In this document: one piece after another, positions 48,962-58,913 of the stretch
Layout of the letters: each line of letters begins with the position of its first letter
How positions within the stretch are numbered: the first letter of the stretch is position 1
Assembly: GCA_038322885.1 (NCBI GenBank)
Contig: JBBQGK010000005.1
Location: forward strand, 1,508 to 65,507
Source of the DNA: Bacteriovoracales bacterium
Lineage (GTDB): Bacteria > Bdellovibrionota > Bacteriovoracia > Bacteriovoracales > Bacteriovoracaceae
Reading direction: 5' to 3'
Length of the DNA: 64,000 nt
Notes under the pieces: model-generated
What the model was told of the DNA's origin: nothing
Database searches by the model: none
The model's input: the letters and a program-made list of their open reading frames with translations, nothing else
Made by a program: the position numbers and the translations under genes

Positions 48962-48992
48962 AAAAAAGGCTCCGCAAGGAGCCTTTTTTTTT
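48960..48992. terminator. bidirectional intrinsic terminator
   Basis: A8-GGCTCC-GCAA-GGAGCC-T9 between convergent genes. Confidence 0.92.
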
Positions 48993-49452
48993 ACTCACAA
49001 GTTGTCGTTTGATTTACGTCTTGTCCAATGATCGACCCGGAAGTCTTGGTGATCATTCTCTGACCAACTTTTTTCACAGACATATTAATGATCGCGAAGT
49101 CCTCATCATTTGCCGTAACTTTCAGCACTCCCGTTAAATTATTATCAGCATCACAAGTGGCCGAGAGACTTGTCACAAAAACAATTCCTGTATCAGGATC
49201 AGTTTGGGTCGTTGTGCGGACATTTCCATCTGCAACATAAACCTCAGTGCTGCGATCGTGAGAACGGATATCAGTCGACGTCATTGAGTAAGTCGTCACA
49301 CCATTTTTAAATGATTGAGTCACAACCATGTCTGAGGATCCAGTTCCATCATTAGGATCAGGAAGACACATTTTGAAATTACCAGTCAGGTTCGGACATG
49401 CTGCATATGCCGAAACGCTTAAGAATATAAAAGCGGAGAATAGAACACGCAT
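48991..49452 (-). CDS. secreted beta-rich hypothetical protein
   Basis: Signal peptide MRVLFSAFIFLSVSAYA behind GGAG; Thr-rich strands; Cys near both ends. Confidence 0.75.
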   Translation of the reverse strand: MRVLFSAFIFLSVSAYAACPNLTGNFKMCLPDPNDGTGSSDMVVTQSFKNGVTTYSMTSTDIRSHDRSTEVYVADGNVRTTTQTDPDTGIVFVTSLSATCDADNNLTGVLKVTANDEDFAIINMSVKKVGQRMITKTSGSIIGQDVNQTTTCE

Positions 49453-49580
49453 GAAAACTCCCAGAATGAATTGATAAAAAGATTTGAGCACTCGCAGTAT
49501 ATTACTGTCAACGAAAGTTCCTTCTGGCACTGGTAACTTTGCGTCCCGCGTTAAGTGTCTGAATAATCTTTTCGAAGGCA

Positions 49581-49596
49581 TGGCCCTTTAATTGCA
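49581..49596 (+). promoter_or_regulatory. sigma54 (-24/-12) promoter
   Basis: TGGCCC-TTTAA-TTGCA, GG and GC separated by exactly 10 nt, 35 nt upstream of ATG 49632. Confidence 0.6.
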
Positions 49597-49631
49597 CCAG
49601 TTCACTCAAGTTCAACACAAGGAGTGTCAGT

Positions 49632-51263
49632 ATGGTTCGCCAATTTGCGAAATTGTTTTTTATTTTATTGTTCCCAACTTTGGTTTTCGCTCAGCTCGAG
49701 ACCACTCTTACTTTCAATGGTGAGCCTCAGGACTCATTGAAGATTGAAGGACTCTTGAGTGTCATTCGTCCAGTGACGGTTCAAGTTCAATCAACATGTG
49801 TTCGCCAAGTTCCTCATCAGGAAAACGTTTGTCGTGACGTGACTCGCTACCGTCAGGAGTGTCACAATGTTCCTTCAAGCCAGAGTTGCTCAACTGAATA
49901 TAATAATGTTTGCCGTCAGGTAACTCGCACGCGTGAACAATGTTCGCCTGGTCCTTCTCAAAGAGTGTGCCACGAGAATCCGACACGTCAGGAATGTACG
50001 ACTGGCCCTTCGAGACAAGTTTGTCATGAAAGACCATCATCAGAAGAGTGTTCTTCAGGACCTTCACGCCAGGTTTGTCATCAAAATCCTTCACGCCAAG
50101 AATGTTCAACTGGTCCCTCTAGACAGGAATGTTCTGAGCGTCCTTCACACCAAGTATGTACCGAGCGTCCTACTCGCGAGATTTGTCACACAAACCCAAC
50201 GAGTGGACAGCAAGTTTGTAGCACTGTTGGTGGTGGTCAATCTTGTACCACTGTTGGTGGAGGACAAGATTGCAGAACTGTCCCTGGTCAAGAATCTTGC
50301 CGAACTGTCGGTGGTGGCCAGTCTTGTGAGTCAGTTCCAGGCGAGAGAACTTGTAGAACAGTTCCCGGTGGTCAGGCCTGCGCATCTATCCCTGGCGAGC
50401 AGTCATGTCGCACAGTCGGTGGTGGTCAATCATGCGAAACTGTTCCGGGAGATGATATTTGCCGAACTGTTTCTTACCAGGATCAAGAATGTGAACAAGT
50501 TCCCCACGATGTTTGCCGTACCATCCCTTCTCATAAAGAATGTGAAGACATTCCTTATTCTCAGAATGTTTGTGGACCTGAGACTGTTTTCACGAGCGAA
50601 AACTATGCTTGTATGAAAGATGAAGTTCAGCAGTTAAATGTGTCTAAAAAAGTTTCTGCGAATATCGCAGTGGATATTAAGACTAACAACCTCACTGGCC
50701 AGTTCCCGATCCTCATGGTCCTCAAAGGTGAACAAGCAGAGAACACATCTTTTGCCCTTGCTGCAACCCTTGCCCAAGATCCAAATCTTCTGGTTGTCGT
50801 GAAGAGTAAAAAAGTAGAAATCGCTTCTGAAGATAAAGACCGGATCATGCTTGATGGAACGATCTCGATTGAAATGATCGATCCAAAAACTGTTCAGACG
50901 ACGTTCCCGAAAAGTTTCGGAGACATTGCCTTGACTAAGAAAACGTCTAAACTTCTTGCCAATATTAATGGCACACTTGCTGAGAAAGGTTCTGTGGACG
51001 TGGTCATTATGAATGGAAGAAAGCAGATTGCTGTTCTTAAGGCCGCCTACCCAAGTGAGCGCGTTCAGATTGTGACTAATAGAAGACAGACTTCTATCGC
51101 AATGGATCTCACTGGGCTTATCACAGAGAGAATTTCTGTTGATGACTCTTTATCGATGAATATCAAGCTCGGTGCAGGCTTGAACATTGAAGGAGAAATC
51201 CTCAACGTGAAAAAACCAGTGAACGAAAAACAATTTTCAAAACTCGAAGCTTGGGTAGAGTAA
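49632..51263 (+). CDS. secreted protein with a 30-Cys mirror-symmetric repeat insert
   Basis: Signal peptide ending VFA; AAGGAG RBS; Cys56-Cys327 repeat region followed by a Cys-free beta-rich C-terminal part. Confidence 0.85.
   Translation: MVRQFAKLFFILLFPTLVFAQLETTLTFNGEPQDSLKIEGLLSVIRPVTVQVQSTCVRQVPHQENVCRDVTRYRQECHNVPSSQSCSTEYNNVCRQVTRTREQCSPGPSQRVCHENPTRQECTTGPSRQVCHERPSSEECSSGPSRQVCHQNPSRQECSTGPSRQECSERPSHQVCTERPTREICHTNPTSGQQVCSTVGGGQSCTTVGGGQDCRTVPGQESCRTVGGGQSCESVPGERTCRTVPGGQACASIPGEQSCRTVGGGQSCETVPGDDICRTVSYQDQECEQVPHDVCRTIPSHKECEDIPYSQNVCGPETVFTSENYACMKDEVQQLNVSKKVSANIAVDIKTNNLTGQFPILMVLKGEQAENTSFALAATLAQDPNLLVVVKSKKVEIASEDKDRIMLDGTISIEMIDPKTVQTTFPKSFGDIALTKKTSKLLANINGTLAEKGSVDVVIMNGRKQIAVLKAAYPSERVQIVTNRRQTSIAMDLTGLITERISVDDSLSMNIKLGAGLNIEGEILNVKKPVNEKQFSKLEAWVE
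49797..50612 (+). repeat. in-frame degenerate 27-bp (9-aa) tandem repeats in two mirror blocks
   Basis: Nine C-x8 units of type C[SHT]xxP[ST]xxx, an 11-aa turn, nine C-x8 units of type CxTV[PG]Gxxx. Confidence 0.9.
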
Positions 51264-51295
51264 ATAGCGCACGTCGCTGATTCTTCTCAAAGCGC

Positions 51296-51330
51296 AAAGG
51301 AGGGACGAGTAAAATCTCCCTCCTTTTTTT
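51296..51330. terminator. intrinsic terminator between convergent genes
   Basis: AAAGGAGGGA...TCCCTCCTTT followed by T-tract. Confidence 0.8.
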
Positions 51331-51333
51331 ATT

Positions 51334-52338
51334 TCACTTCATCCAAGTCCATGACGTTTTATTCCATACAAAGTCTGTTGGATGAATGTCTCTGCCTCCC
51401 TCACCGCGAACGACCAGCCGAATCTTGGGATTGGATCCTTCCCACTCAATATCAATGATTCCGTAGTTAAGACCAAAATAGGTCAGAGGATATTTTCTGG
51501 CCAAGTACCACCAGGTTTTTCTTGGTGCCACATGAGTCATCCCACTCGACATAAACTCAAGTTGTCCATAGTTCTGCGAAATGGCAGCGAAGTGTTTATC
51601 TCCGGTGAGGAACATCACTCCTTTTGGATTATATTTTTTAACGAGTGTGAGCATGCGGTTCAATTCACTTGGCTTCTCTGCCCATTCTTCAGTGTAGGGA
51701 ATGAGTGGTGAGAAGATGGATAAACCGGCCATGATTAAGTGCATATCTGCTGTCGAGTTTTTGAGTTCTCTCTCGAACCAATCCCACTGAGCTTTTCCGA
51801 GCATAGGATAATTAGGATCGAGATCCTTGAAGTAGCGGTTGTCTAAGAGAATGATTTTGATTTTATGACCACTACTTCCTATTTGATAAGACGTATAGAC
51901 ACCATCTTGCAACCGACGAAGGGAGCTCAAAGGCTCTTCAAGAAAATCCAGAAATTGTTTTTGATTCTCCTTCTTAGTTAAAACAGTGCCATTAGCATTA
52001 TCCCAGGCGTAGTCATGATCATCCCAGACACCGATCACAGGTGTGCGTGATTTGAAGGACTGGTAGTCCACATTTTGTTTCTGCTTATGGTAGGACGAAG
52101 ACATGTTGTAAGTATTTTCCCAGTCAGCGTAGATGGCGTCCCCGCCCCAGATGAAGAGATCTGGATTGGTTTTGATGAGATCTCTCCAGAGCGGCTGGGC
52201 ATCGTTTTGATCATTACATGAGCCGAAGGCAATTCTTTTCACATCATGGAGAGAGTGAACTTTCTCATCATTCGTGATTTGTGAGAAGGCCGAGAAGGAC
52301 GTGAAAAAGAGCAGGATAAAAGCGAATCCTTTCGCCAT
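51334..52338 (-). CDS. phoD: alkaline phosphatase D family protein
   Basis: IAFGSC, WGGDAIYAD, VWDDHDY, LDNRYF, LTGDKH; signal peptide; start set at MAKGF behind GGAGG. Confidence 0.88.
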   Translation of the reverse strand: MAKGFAFILLFFTSFSAFSQITNDEKVHSLHDVKRIAFGSCNDQNDAQPLWRDLIKTNPDLFIWGGDAIYADWENTYNMSSSYHKQKQNVDYQSFKSRTPVIGVWDDHDYAWDNANGTVLTKKENQKQFLDFLEEPLSSLRRLQDGVYTSYQIGSSGHKIKIILLDNRYFKDLDPNYPMLGKAQWDWFERELKNSTADMHLIMAGLSIFSPLIPYTEEWAEKPSELNRMLTLVKKYNPKGVMFLTGDKHFAAISQNYGQLEFMSSGMTHVAPRKTWWYLARKYPLTYFGLNYGIIDIEWEGSNPKIRLVVRGEGGRDIHPTDFVWNKTSWTWMK

Positions 52339-52514
52339 AAGAACCTCCATTAGATAATTCATCCTCACATGCGCCTAAATCTATTGCATGTGAATTGTCG
52401 GTTAAGGATTGGCGTGAATTAAGTGAGGAGAAAGTTGTTTTTGAATGGGTAGTTGAGAATGAAAATGGGTCCTTGAGCTTGAGTTAATATTAAAACAAAC
52501 TCATCATTTTAAAT

Positions 52515-53369
52515 TTACTCGAGCGGTGGCTCAATTGGTTTCACTGCGGTGAGTGAGCTGCCGAGTGACGAGAGCATGATGCAAGAGATCGCTACGATTT
52601 GCATGAGGGTGAGTTTTTCTTTAAGGAAGATAAATCCCGCGAAGCTAGCGATGGCCGGCTCAAGACTCATGAGTACACCGAAAGTGGCGGTGGGAATATT
52701 TTTAAGAGCGAACATTTCAAGAGTGTAGGGAAGTGCACTTGAAAAAATGCCTACGGCGAGGGCCACAGGAAGAAGAGATGGATCAAAAAGTGTCGTGCCT
52801 GAACTCGCTAGACCAAACGGAATCACTACGATCGCAGCAAATAGCATGCCCCAGCTCGACGCCACATGCCCCGGAATATTTCCTGCTGCCTTCTTACCAA
52901 AGAGAATATAAAGGGCCCAGAAAGCTCCTGCACCAACAGCAAATACTATTCCCAAAACATCGAGGTGTTCAGTCGCAGAACTCGTGGGCATCAGAAAATA
53001 AATCCCAAGGCCCGCAGTGATGGCCCAAATGTAGTCGAGAGATTTTTTTGATGAGAAAATCGCCACTGCTAAAGGGCCTGTGAATTCGAGAGCGACTGCA
53101 ATCCCAAGTGGAATTCTCTCTAAGGCAAAATAGAAAAGCAGATTCATGAGCCCCAGAGACAGACCATAAAACGCGAGAGATCCTAGATCTTTTTTTGAGA
53201 TCTTGGTTCTCCAGGGACGAAACACACACCATAAAATGAGAGTAGCAAAAAATAAACGCAGGGCCGAGGTCCCCGCTGGACCAGCGATGCGAAAAATTCT
53301 CTTCGCGAGTGTCGCACCAGATTGGATCGATGCCATCGCGATGAGAAGAAAGGAGATGGATTTAAACAT
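52515..53369 (-). CDS. rhtA: EamA family transporter, RhtA-like threonine/homoserine exporter
   Basis: SIQSGATLAK, RIPLGIAVALEFTGPL, SSALPYTLE, FGVLMSLEPA. Confidence 0.85.
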   Translation of the reverse strand: MFKSISFLLIAMASIQSGATLAKRIFRIAGPAGTSALRLFFATLILWCVFRPWRTKISKKDLGSLAFYGLSLGLMNLLFYFALERIPLGIAVALEFTGPLAVAIFSSKKSLDYIWAITAGLGIYFLMPTSSATEHLDVLGIVFAVGAGAFWALYILFGKKAAGNIPGHVASSWGMLFAAIVVIPFGLASSGTTLFDPSLLPVALAVGIFSSALPYTLEMFALKNIPTATFGVLMSLEPAIASFAGFIFLKEKLTLMQIVAISCIMLSSLGSSLTAVKPIEPPLE

Positions 53370-53396
53370 CCTTCAATCTTAGCTCAGACAAGAAGA

Positions 53397-53468
53397 CTAA
53401 GAATAGGCAGAAGAAATGATAAGGAACGTTGAGAAGGCGATGAAAACCCAAGTCATGTTCATTGGCAT
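53397..53468 (-). CDS. candidate hydrophobic micro-protein (23 aa), not in ORF track
   Basis: MPMNMTWVFIAFSTFLIISSAYS; AAGGAG 6 nt upstream; ends 27 nt before rhtA. Confidence 0.45.
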   Translation of the reverse strand: MPMNMTWVFIAFSTFLIISSAYS

Positions 53469-53534
53469 CGGAGGCTCCTTGATGAAAACATCATTTCATA
53501 CCAGCCTCGTTTTGCATGTTTGGATTAAGTTAAG

Positions 53535-53561
53535 AAAAAAAAGGCCCTCCGAAGAGGGCCT
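53535..53561 (-). terminator. intrinsic terminator of the sdh operon
   Basis: AGGCCCTC-TTCG-GAGGGCCT then T-tract on minus strand. Confidence 0.88.
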
Positions 53562-53566
53562 CAAGA

Positions 53567-53941
53567 TTATTGGCAGGGATCAGTTTCTGTCGCGGGCCTA
53601 AGAGCGAGGGACTGGCTGCAAGATTCGGCACCGCTTGCACCAAGTATACAAGTTCCAACGGAGTAGTAAATCTGCTCCAGTCGGATGTCGTTACCCAAGC
53701 ACGTGTTAACACCAAAATAGTGCCACTCAAAAGTTTCGACACTGATGCGCGAGAGCTTGTTGCTTTCGCTATAGTCTTCGTAACGTGAGAAAGCATGTGG
53801 GTATTTGCTGATGAGATAACGGATTCCGCTATGAGTATTTTCTTCCTCATGATTTTCACCGATCAAAACCCAGCTCATCTTTGGTGATGAGAATGCGTTG
53901 AAGGCAAATATTGAGACAATGACAAGTAGAAGAGATTTCAT
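53567..53941 (-). CDS. secreted hypothetical protein translationally coupled to sdhB
   Basis: Signal peptide MKSLLLVIVSIFAFNAFS; TAATG stop/start overlap; four Cys. Confidence 0.75.
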   Translation of the reverse strand: MKSLLLVIVSIFAFNAFSSPKMSWVLIGENHEEENTHSGIRYLISKYPHAFSRYEDYSESNKLSRISVETFEWHYFGVNTCLGNDIRLEQIYYSVGTCILGASGAESCSQSLALRPATETDPCQ

Positions 53942-54732
53942 TAAGCACCACCCTCTGAACGTGATTTCTCATGGTAAGTAAACGCGGCCTTAAGGTACTC
54001 ACGGTTCATACGGGCAATGTGCTCGATAGAAATTCCTTTCGGGCATGTGGCCTCACATTCTGCGTGAGTCGTACAGTTCCCGAATCCAAGTGTGTCATGC
54101 TCATGAACCATCTCTAAAGTGCGCTTAGAACTTTCAGGATGACCTTGCGGAAGAAGGGCGAGTTGAGAAATCTTTGCTCCCATAAACAGCATCGCAGAAC
54201 CGTTTGGACAAGAAGCAACACAAGCTCCACAACCGATGCAGGCCGCTGCATCCATCGCTTCGTCAGCGATAGGTTTTGGAATCAAGATCGAGTTAGCGTC
54301 CTGAGCATTCCCAGTGTTCGCCGTAATGTATCCACCCTTAATGATAATTTTATCAAGGCCAGATCTATCAACTGCAAGATCTTTGACGATCGGAAAGGCT
54401 GTCGCTTTCCACGGCTCAACTACAATTGTGTCGCCGTCTTTGTACAAGCGCATGTGCACTTGGCAAGTGGTCGTGTTCTTGAAACCACCGTGAGCTTTTC
54501 CATCAATCATCATCGAGCACATTCCGCAAATTCCTTCGCGGCAGTCGTGGTCAAAAGCAATCGGATCTTCACCTTTGCGGATAAGCTGTTCGTTCAGGAC
54601 GTCGATCATCTCGAGGAAAGACATATCCGGAGATACGTGTTCCACACGGTAATCAACGAGTTTTCCCTCTGAGCCGGCACCTTTTTGGCGCCAGATTTTG
54701 AGGTTTAAGGTCATATCATTTGTAGAGCTCAT
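53941..54732 (-). CDS. sdhB: succinate dehydrogenase/fumarate reductase iron-sulfur subunit
   Basis: DCREGICGMC, TCQ, CIGCGACVASCP, CTTHAECEATCP. Confidence 0.95.
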   Translation of the reverse strand: MSSTNDMTLNLKIWRQKGAGSEGKLVDYRVEHVSPDMSFLEMIDVLNEQLIRKGEDPIAFDHDCREGICGMCSMMIDGKAHGGFKNTTTCQVHMRLYKDGDTIVVEPWKATAFPIVKDLAVDRSGLDKIIIKGGYITANTGNAQDANSILIPKPIADEAMDAAACIGCGACVASCPNGSAMLFMGAKISQLALLPQGHPESSKRTLEMVHEHDTLGFGNCTTHAECEATCPKGISIEHIARMNREYLKAAFTYHEKSRSEGGA

Positions 54733-54743
54733 TTAAGTCTCCC

Positions 54744-56663
54744 TTATTTGTAAGAACGTGTTGCGAGTTGAACGTACTCAAATTTCAATTCTTCCTTGTG
54801 ACGAATTGGGCTTGAGTTTGATCCCGTGTATTCCCAGACTGCAGCGTGAGCGTAGTGTTCATCATCACGTTTCGCTTCACCATCTGGTGTCTGGTATTCT
54901 TCACGGAAGTGGCCGCCGCAGGATTCTTTTCTCTCAAGAGCATCCAGGGCCATGAGTTCTCCCAGTTCAAGGAAGTCTGCCACGCGGGCCGCTTTATTGA
55001 GCTCAAGGTTGAAGTTCCCTGTATCTCCTGGAACGTTCACATCTTTCCAAAACTCTTCGCGAAGAACGCGAATTTTATCAATCGCTTCTTTGAGGCCAGC
55101 TTCGTTTCTTGCCATGCCGACTTTTTCCCACATGATGTGGCCCAAAATTTTATGGAAATCATCAACCGTGCGCTTGCCTTTGATCCCAAGTAGTCTTGCC
55201 GTTTGAAGAGTCACGGCTTGTTCAGCATCTTTGAAGGCAGGATCTTCGGTGGTCACTTTTTCAAGAGTCGTGCTCGCAAGATAATTTGAGATTGTGTAAG
55301 GAGCTACAAAATATCCATCCGCAAGTCCTTGCATGAGAGCAGAAGCACCGAGACGGTTTGCACCGTGATCGGAGAAATTCGCTTCACCCAAAACATGCAG
55401 ACCGGGGATGGTTGATTGAAGATTGTAATCGACCCAGAGACCACCCATCGTATAGTGAACCGCTGGATAAATCATCATCGGCGTCTTATAAGGATTATCT
55501 CCCGTGATCCGCTCGTACATTTCAAAAAGGTTCCCGTACTTACCAGCAATCGTCTCAACTCCATCGCGCTTAATCGCGTCCCGGAAATCAAGATAAACAG
55601 CTTGCTTCGTAGGTCCTACTCCTTTGCCTTCATCGTAGCGATACTTCGCCTGACGAGAAGATACGTCTCGTGGAGCAAGGTTACCGAAGGATGGGTAGAT
55701 GCGCTCGAGGTAGTAATCTCTTTCATCATCGGGAATATCTCCCGGTGCTCTTGCATCTGCTTGTTTTTTCGGAACCCAAACTCGTCCATCATTTCGAAGA
55801 GACTCGGACATGAGAGTGAGCTTTGACTGATAGTCGCCATGAACAGGAATACATGTCGGGTGAATCTGAGTGAAACACGGATTCGCAAATCCTGCTCCAC
55901 GCTTATAGCATCTCCAGGCCGCAGACGCGTTTGAGGTCATCGCATTGGTTGAGAGAAAATAAACGTTTCCGTATCCACCAGTACACAGGAGGACTGCATC
56001 GGCGGCGTATCTCTCGAGCTCACCCGTGATGAGGTTTCGAACGATAATTCCGCGAGCCTTTCCATTGATCGTCACAAGGTCCATCATCTCGCGACGATTG
56101 AACATCTTGATCTTGCCCTTTGAGACCATCTTCATCATCCCAGAGTAGCAACCAAGAAGAAGCTGCTGCCCGGTTTGTCCGCGAGCATAGAAGGTACGAG
56201 AGACCTGAGATCCACCGAATGAACGGTTATCAAGGTAGCCGCCGTACTCACGAGCAAAGGGAACTCCTTGAGAGACCATTTGATCGATGATGTTTTTTGA
56301 AACTTCTGCCAGACGATAAACGTTCGATTCACGAGAGCGATAATCTCCACCCTTGATGGTGTCGTAGAAAAGACGTTTTACCGAGTCACCGTCATTTGGA
56401 TAGTTCTTGGCTCCGTTGATTCCCCCTTGGGCCGCAATTGAATGCGCGCGACGGGCAGAATCCTGGATACAAAAAGAAAGAACGTTGTAACCAAGCTCGG
56501 CAAGAGTTGCAGCAGCTGAACCACCCGCAAGTCCTGTACCGACAACGATTACTGTGAATTTTCTTTTGTTCGCTGGGTTCACAAGTTTCATATCAAACTT
56601 ATGTTTTTCCCATTTATCTTTAAGTTCACCCTGTGGTGCTTTCGCATCTAGATTAAAACTCAT
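54744..56663 (-). CDS. sdhA: succinate dehydrogenase/fumarate reductase flavoprotein subunit
   Basis: [51 protein letters not shown]. Confidence 0.95.
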   Translation of the reverse strand: MSFNLDAKAPQGELKDKWEKHKFDMKLVNPANKRKFTVIVVGTGLAGGSAAATLAELGYNVLSFCIQDSARRAHSIAAQGGINGAKNYPNDGDSVKRLFYDTIKGGDYRSRESNVYRLAEVSKNIIDQMVSQGVPFAREYGGYLDNRSFGGSQVSRTFYARGQTGQQLLLGCYSGMMKMVSKGKIKMFNRREMMDLVTINGKARGIIVRNLITGELERYAADAVLLCTGGYGNVYFLSTNAMTSNASAAWRCYKRGAGFANPCFTQIHPTCIPVHGDYQSKLTLMSESLRNDGRVWVPKKQADARAPGDIPDDERDYYLERIYPSFGNLAPRDVSSRQAKYRYDEGKGVGPTKQAVYLDFRDAIKRDGVETIAGKYGNLFEMYERITGDNPYKTPMMIYPAVHYTMGGLWVDYNLQSTIPGLHVLGEANFSDHGANRLGASALMQGLADGYFVAPYTISNYLASTTLEKVTTEDPAFKDAEQAVTLQTARLLGIKGKRTVDDFHKILGHIMWEKVGMARNEAGLKEAIDKIRVLREEFWKDVNVPGDTGNFNLELNKAARVADFLELGELMALDALERKESCGGHFREEYQTPDGEAKRDDEHYAHAAVWEYTGSNSSPIRHKEELKFEYVQLATRSYK

Positions 56664-56664
56664 A

Positions 56665-57345
56665 TTAAACTCCCTTCAAGTACGCCCAGACAGCCAGAGA
56701 AGCAAATCCTCCGCCGACTGCAACTGCGTAAAGGTAACCGAGGCGTTTTGTGTTCTTAAAATACTTGGCGTGATTCCAACCCATAGATTGAAACGCAGAA
56801 GAGAAACCGTGAGCTGTATGGAAAGCTGCACTGATCATGGCAACCACGTACCAAATCACCGCACCCGCGCTCTGAAAATATTCCATCGTCGTTTTGTAAA
56901 GGTCGCGCATCTCGACTCCATCAACCTGAGTTGTGTAGTAAGTGCCAAGCTTCAAGGATTTAATGTGAAGGATAACAAAAACAAGAAGAACTAGACCGGT
57001 GTACGGCATAGTGAGAGACATCCACGTGCTTCCACGGCCCGTGTTCTTTTTAACCGAGTAGCGTTTCGCCCCTCGGGCCTTCATGTTTTCCATGTTAAGC
57101 TTGATCGCAAGACCTAAGTGAGTAACGAAAATAACCGTAAGGCCAATTTCTGCGACGTAGAGAAGGGCGCCCAGGCTTTCTAACTTGTGCGCGTATAGGT
57201 TAAATGCGTCTGATCCCATCAGGAGAAAGAAATTTCCGGCGAGGTGACTCACAAGAAATCCGCACAACAATAGACCGGTCACGGCCACGAGTTGCTTTCT
57301 TCCAATGGAAGAGAAAAAGTAATGATTAACAGCTGATGTCATCAT
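56665..57345 (-). CDS. sdhC: succinate dehydrogenase cytochrome b558 subunit (single-subunit anchor)
   Basis: [12 protein letters not shown], four heme His (SHL, THL, LHI, FHT-HG), five TM helices. Confidence 0.92.
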   Translation of the reverse strand: MMTSAVNHYFFSSIGRKQLVAVTGLLLCGFLVSHLAGNFFLLMGSDAFNLYAHKLESLGALLYVAEIGLTVIFVTHLGLAIKLNMENMKARGAKRYSVKKNTGRGSTWMSLTMPYTGLVLLVFVILHIKSLKLGTYYTTQVDGVEMRDLYKTTMEYFQSAGAVIWYVVAMISAAFHTAHGFSSAFQSMGWNHAKYFKNTKRLGYLYAVAVGGGFASLAVWAYLKGV

Positions 57346-57476
57346 ATGGTTTGAACTCCCTTCATGAAAAAGATAAATGATTTAAGTCTTAGTAATAATT
57401 ATCCAAAAGACTATCAGAAATACGTAAGTTGTCAGGTAAACTTTCAATAAATTTTAGACCCATTAATGCAGTCGGG

Positions 57477-58868
57477 CTAAGATTTTTTGACCACTCCATA
57501 CATCAGCAAACAGCGAGCACGATTTTTCTCGTAGCTTACAATGGGAGCTGGATAATCAGTGACCTTCAATGGATCAGGTCGATGAATTTCTTTTTTCGAG
57601 AGCCCTGCCAGTTCGGGGCACCATACACGAATGAAATCTCCATCTTCGTCGAACTTTTCACTCTGAGTGTACGGGTTAAAAATACGAAAGTAGGGTTGAG
57701 CGTCACAACCGGAGCTCGATGACCATTGCCATCCACCGTTGTTGGCCGCGAGATCAAAATCGAGAAGATTCTGTGCGAAATATTCTTCGCCAAGTCTCCA
57801 ATCAACTAAAAGTATTTTACATAAAAACGAAGCGACAATCATTCTCAATCGATTGTGCATCATTCCGGTAGCGTTAAAACAGCGCATGGTTGCGTCCACA
57901 ATGGGAAATCCTGTTTCTCCCTCACACCATGCTTTAAAGTCGTTGCTTGAACCAAGCCACTTGATCTCATCGTACTCGGGCTTGAAAGCAACTTTTTCAA
58001 GCTGTGGATTTGCATCGAGGATCATCTGATAAAAATCACGCCAGATAAGTTCTGAAAGCCAGGTTTTCGCTCCCTCGTCAGTGTGGTGAAGCGAGGCCTT
58101 GACCATCTCACGGATGGAAAGATTTCCATGACGAATATAAACCGAGAGGAGAGACGTTCCATCAACGGCCGGAAAGTTTCGGGCCTCTTTATAGTCACTC
58201 ATAAGTTGGTCAAAATCTTTGAGACGCTTAATCGCGTGGGATCTTCCTCCGCTCAAGAGGGCAGGAGTTCTCTCAAAGCCTAGTTCTTTGTGCCAGTCGT
58301 GATCGAGAATATTCTTGGGATTTTTACATTTTGCAATTTTTTTGAGGTCACATTGAAAGTCAGAAAGTATTTTTCCCTGCGACGAAAAAACTTCGAGCCA
58401 TCGATTTTTATATGGAGTGAAAACTTTGTAGATACTCTCACTACCAGTTAAGACCTCATGCTTTTCATAGAACACACTATCTTTAAATTGTTCAAACTCA
58501 AATCCCAAGGCCTTGAGTTTTTTTCCAATGAGTCCATCTCTCTTCTTCGCCATTGGCTCATAATCTCTATTGGCGACGACTCTCTTAACTTTTAATTTTT
58601 CAGCAAGCTCTGGAATTTCGATTACCGGATCGCCATAGAGGATGTGGATAGACGATCCCCGCTTTTGAAGTTCTTCTTCTATTTCTTCAAGGGATTCGAT
58701 GATAAAAGTTAGGCGTCTATCACTTTTTGAATTCAATTTTTTTAAGATGTGAGGATCAAAAACAAATACGAGGTGAGTCTCTCCATCTTGGGTCGCATTT
58801 GAAAGGGCAGCGTGATCGTGAAGTCGAAGATCCCGACGGATCCAGCATAGTGAACTCATAGCTGACAT
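57477..58868 (-). CDS. phrB: deoxyribodipyrimidine (CPD) photolyase
   Basis: WIRRDLRLHDH, TSLLSVY, ELIWRDFY, MHNRLRMIVASFL, NNGGWQW, FRIFNP. Confidence 0.93.
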   Translation of the reverse strand: MSAMSSLCWIRRDLRLHDHAALSNATQDGETHLVFVFDPHILKKLNSKSDRRLTFIIESLEEIEEELQKRGSSIHILYGDPVIEIPELAEKLKVKRVVANRDYEPMAKKRDGLIGKKLKALGFEFEQFKDSVFYEKHEVLTGSESIYKVFTPYKNRWLEVFSSQGKILSDFQCDLKKIAKCKNPKNILDHDWHKELGFERTPALLSGGRSHAIKRLKDFDQLMSDYKEARNFPAVDGTSLLSVYIRHGNLSIREMVKASLHHTDEGAKTWLSELIWRDFYQMILDANPQLEKVAFKPEYDEIKWLGSSNDFKAWCEGETGFPIVDATMRCFNATGMMHNRLRMIVASFLCKILLVDWRLGEEYFAQNLLDFDLAANNGGWQWSSSSGCDAQPYFRIFNPYTQSEKFDEDGDFIRVWCPELAGLSKKEIHRPDPLKVTDYPAPIVSYEKNRARCLLMYGVVKKS

Positions 58869-58913
58869 TATTTCAGAAAAAAGACGCGCAGGCCTTGGTA
58901 AAGAGAGATTTGT

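Noticed and set aside
49453-49581. 43-codon N-terminal extension of the 48991 ORF
   Set aside because: Signal peptide and RBS point to ATG 49452; the extension covers the divergent promoter region.
49900-50470. Regularly spaced repeats as a CRISPR array
   Set aside because: Units are 27-bp in-frame coding repeats, synonymously diverged, with no spacer/repeat alternation and no cas genes.
49933-50616. 227-aa ORF in an alternative plus frame (and 49762-50109 on minus)
   Set aside because: Shadow of the repeat-coding frame; no RBS or recognisable protein features.
53416-53859. ORF-track entries 53416-53601(+), 53530-53859(-), 53570-53788(+)
   Set aside because: They cross the sdh terminator or overlap the better supported 53567-53941 gene.
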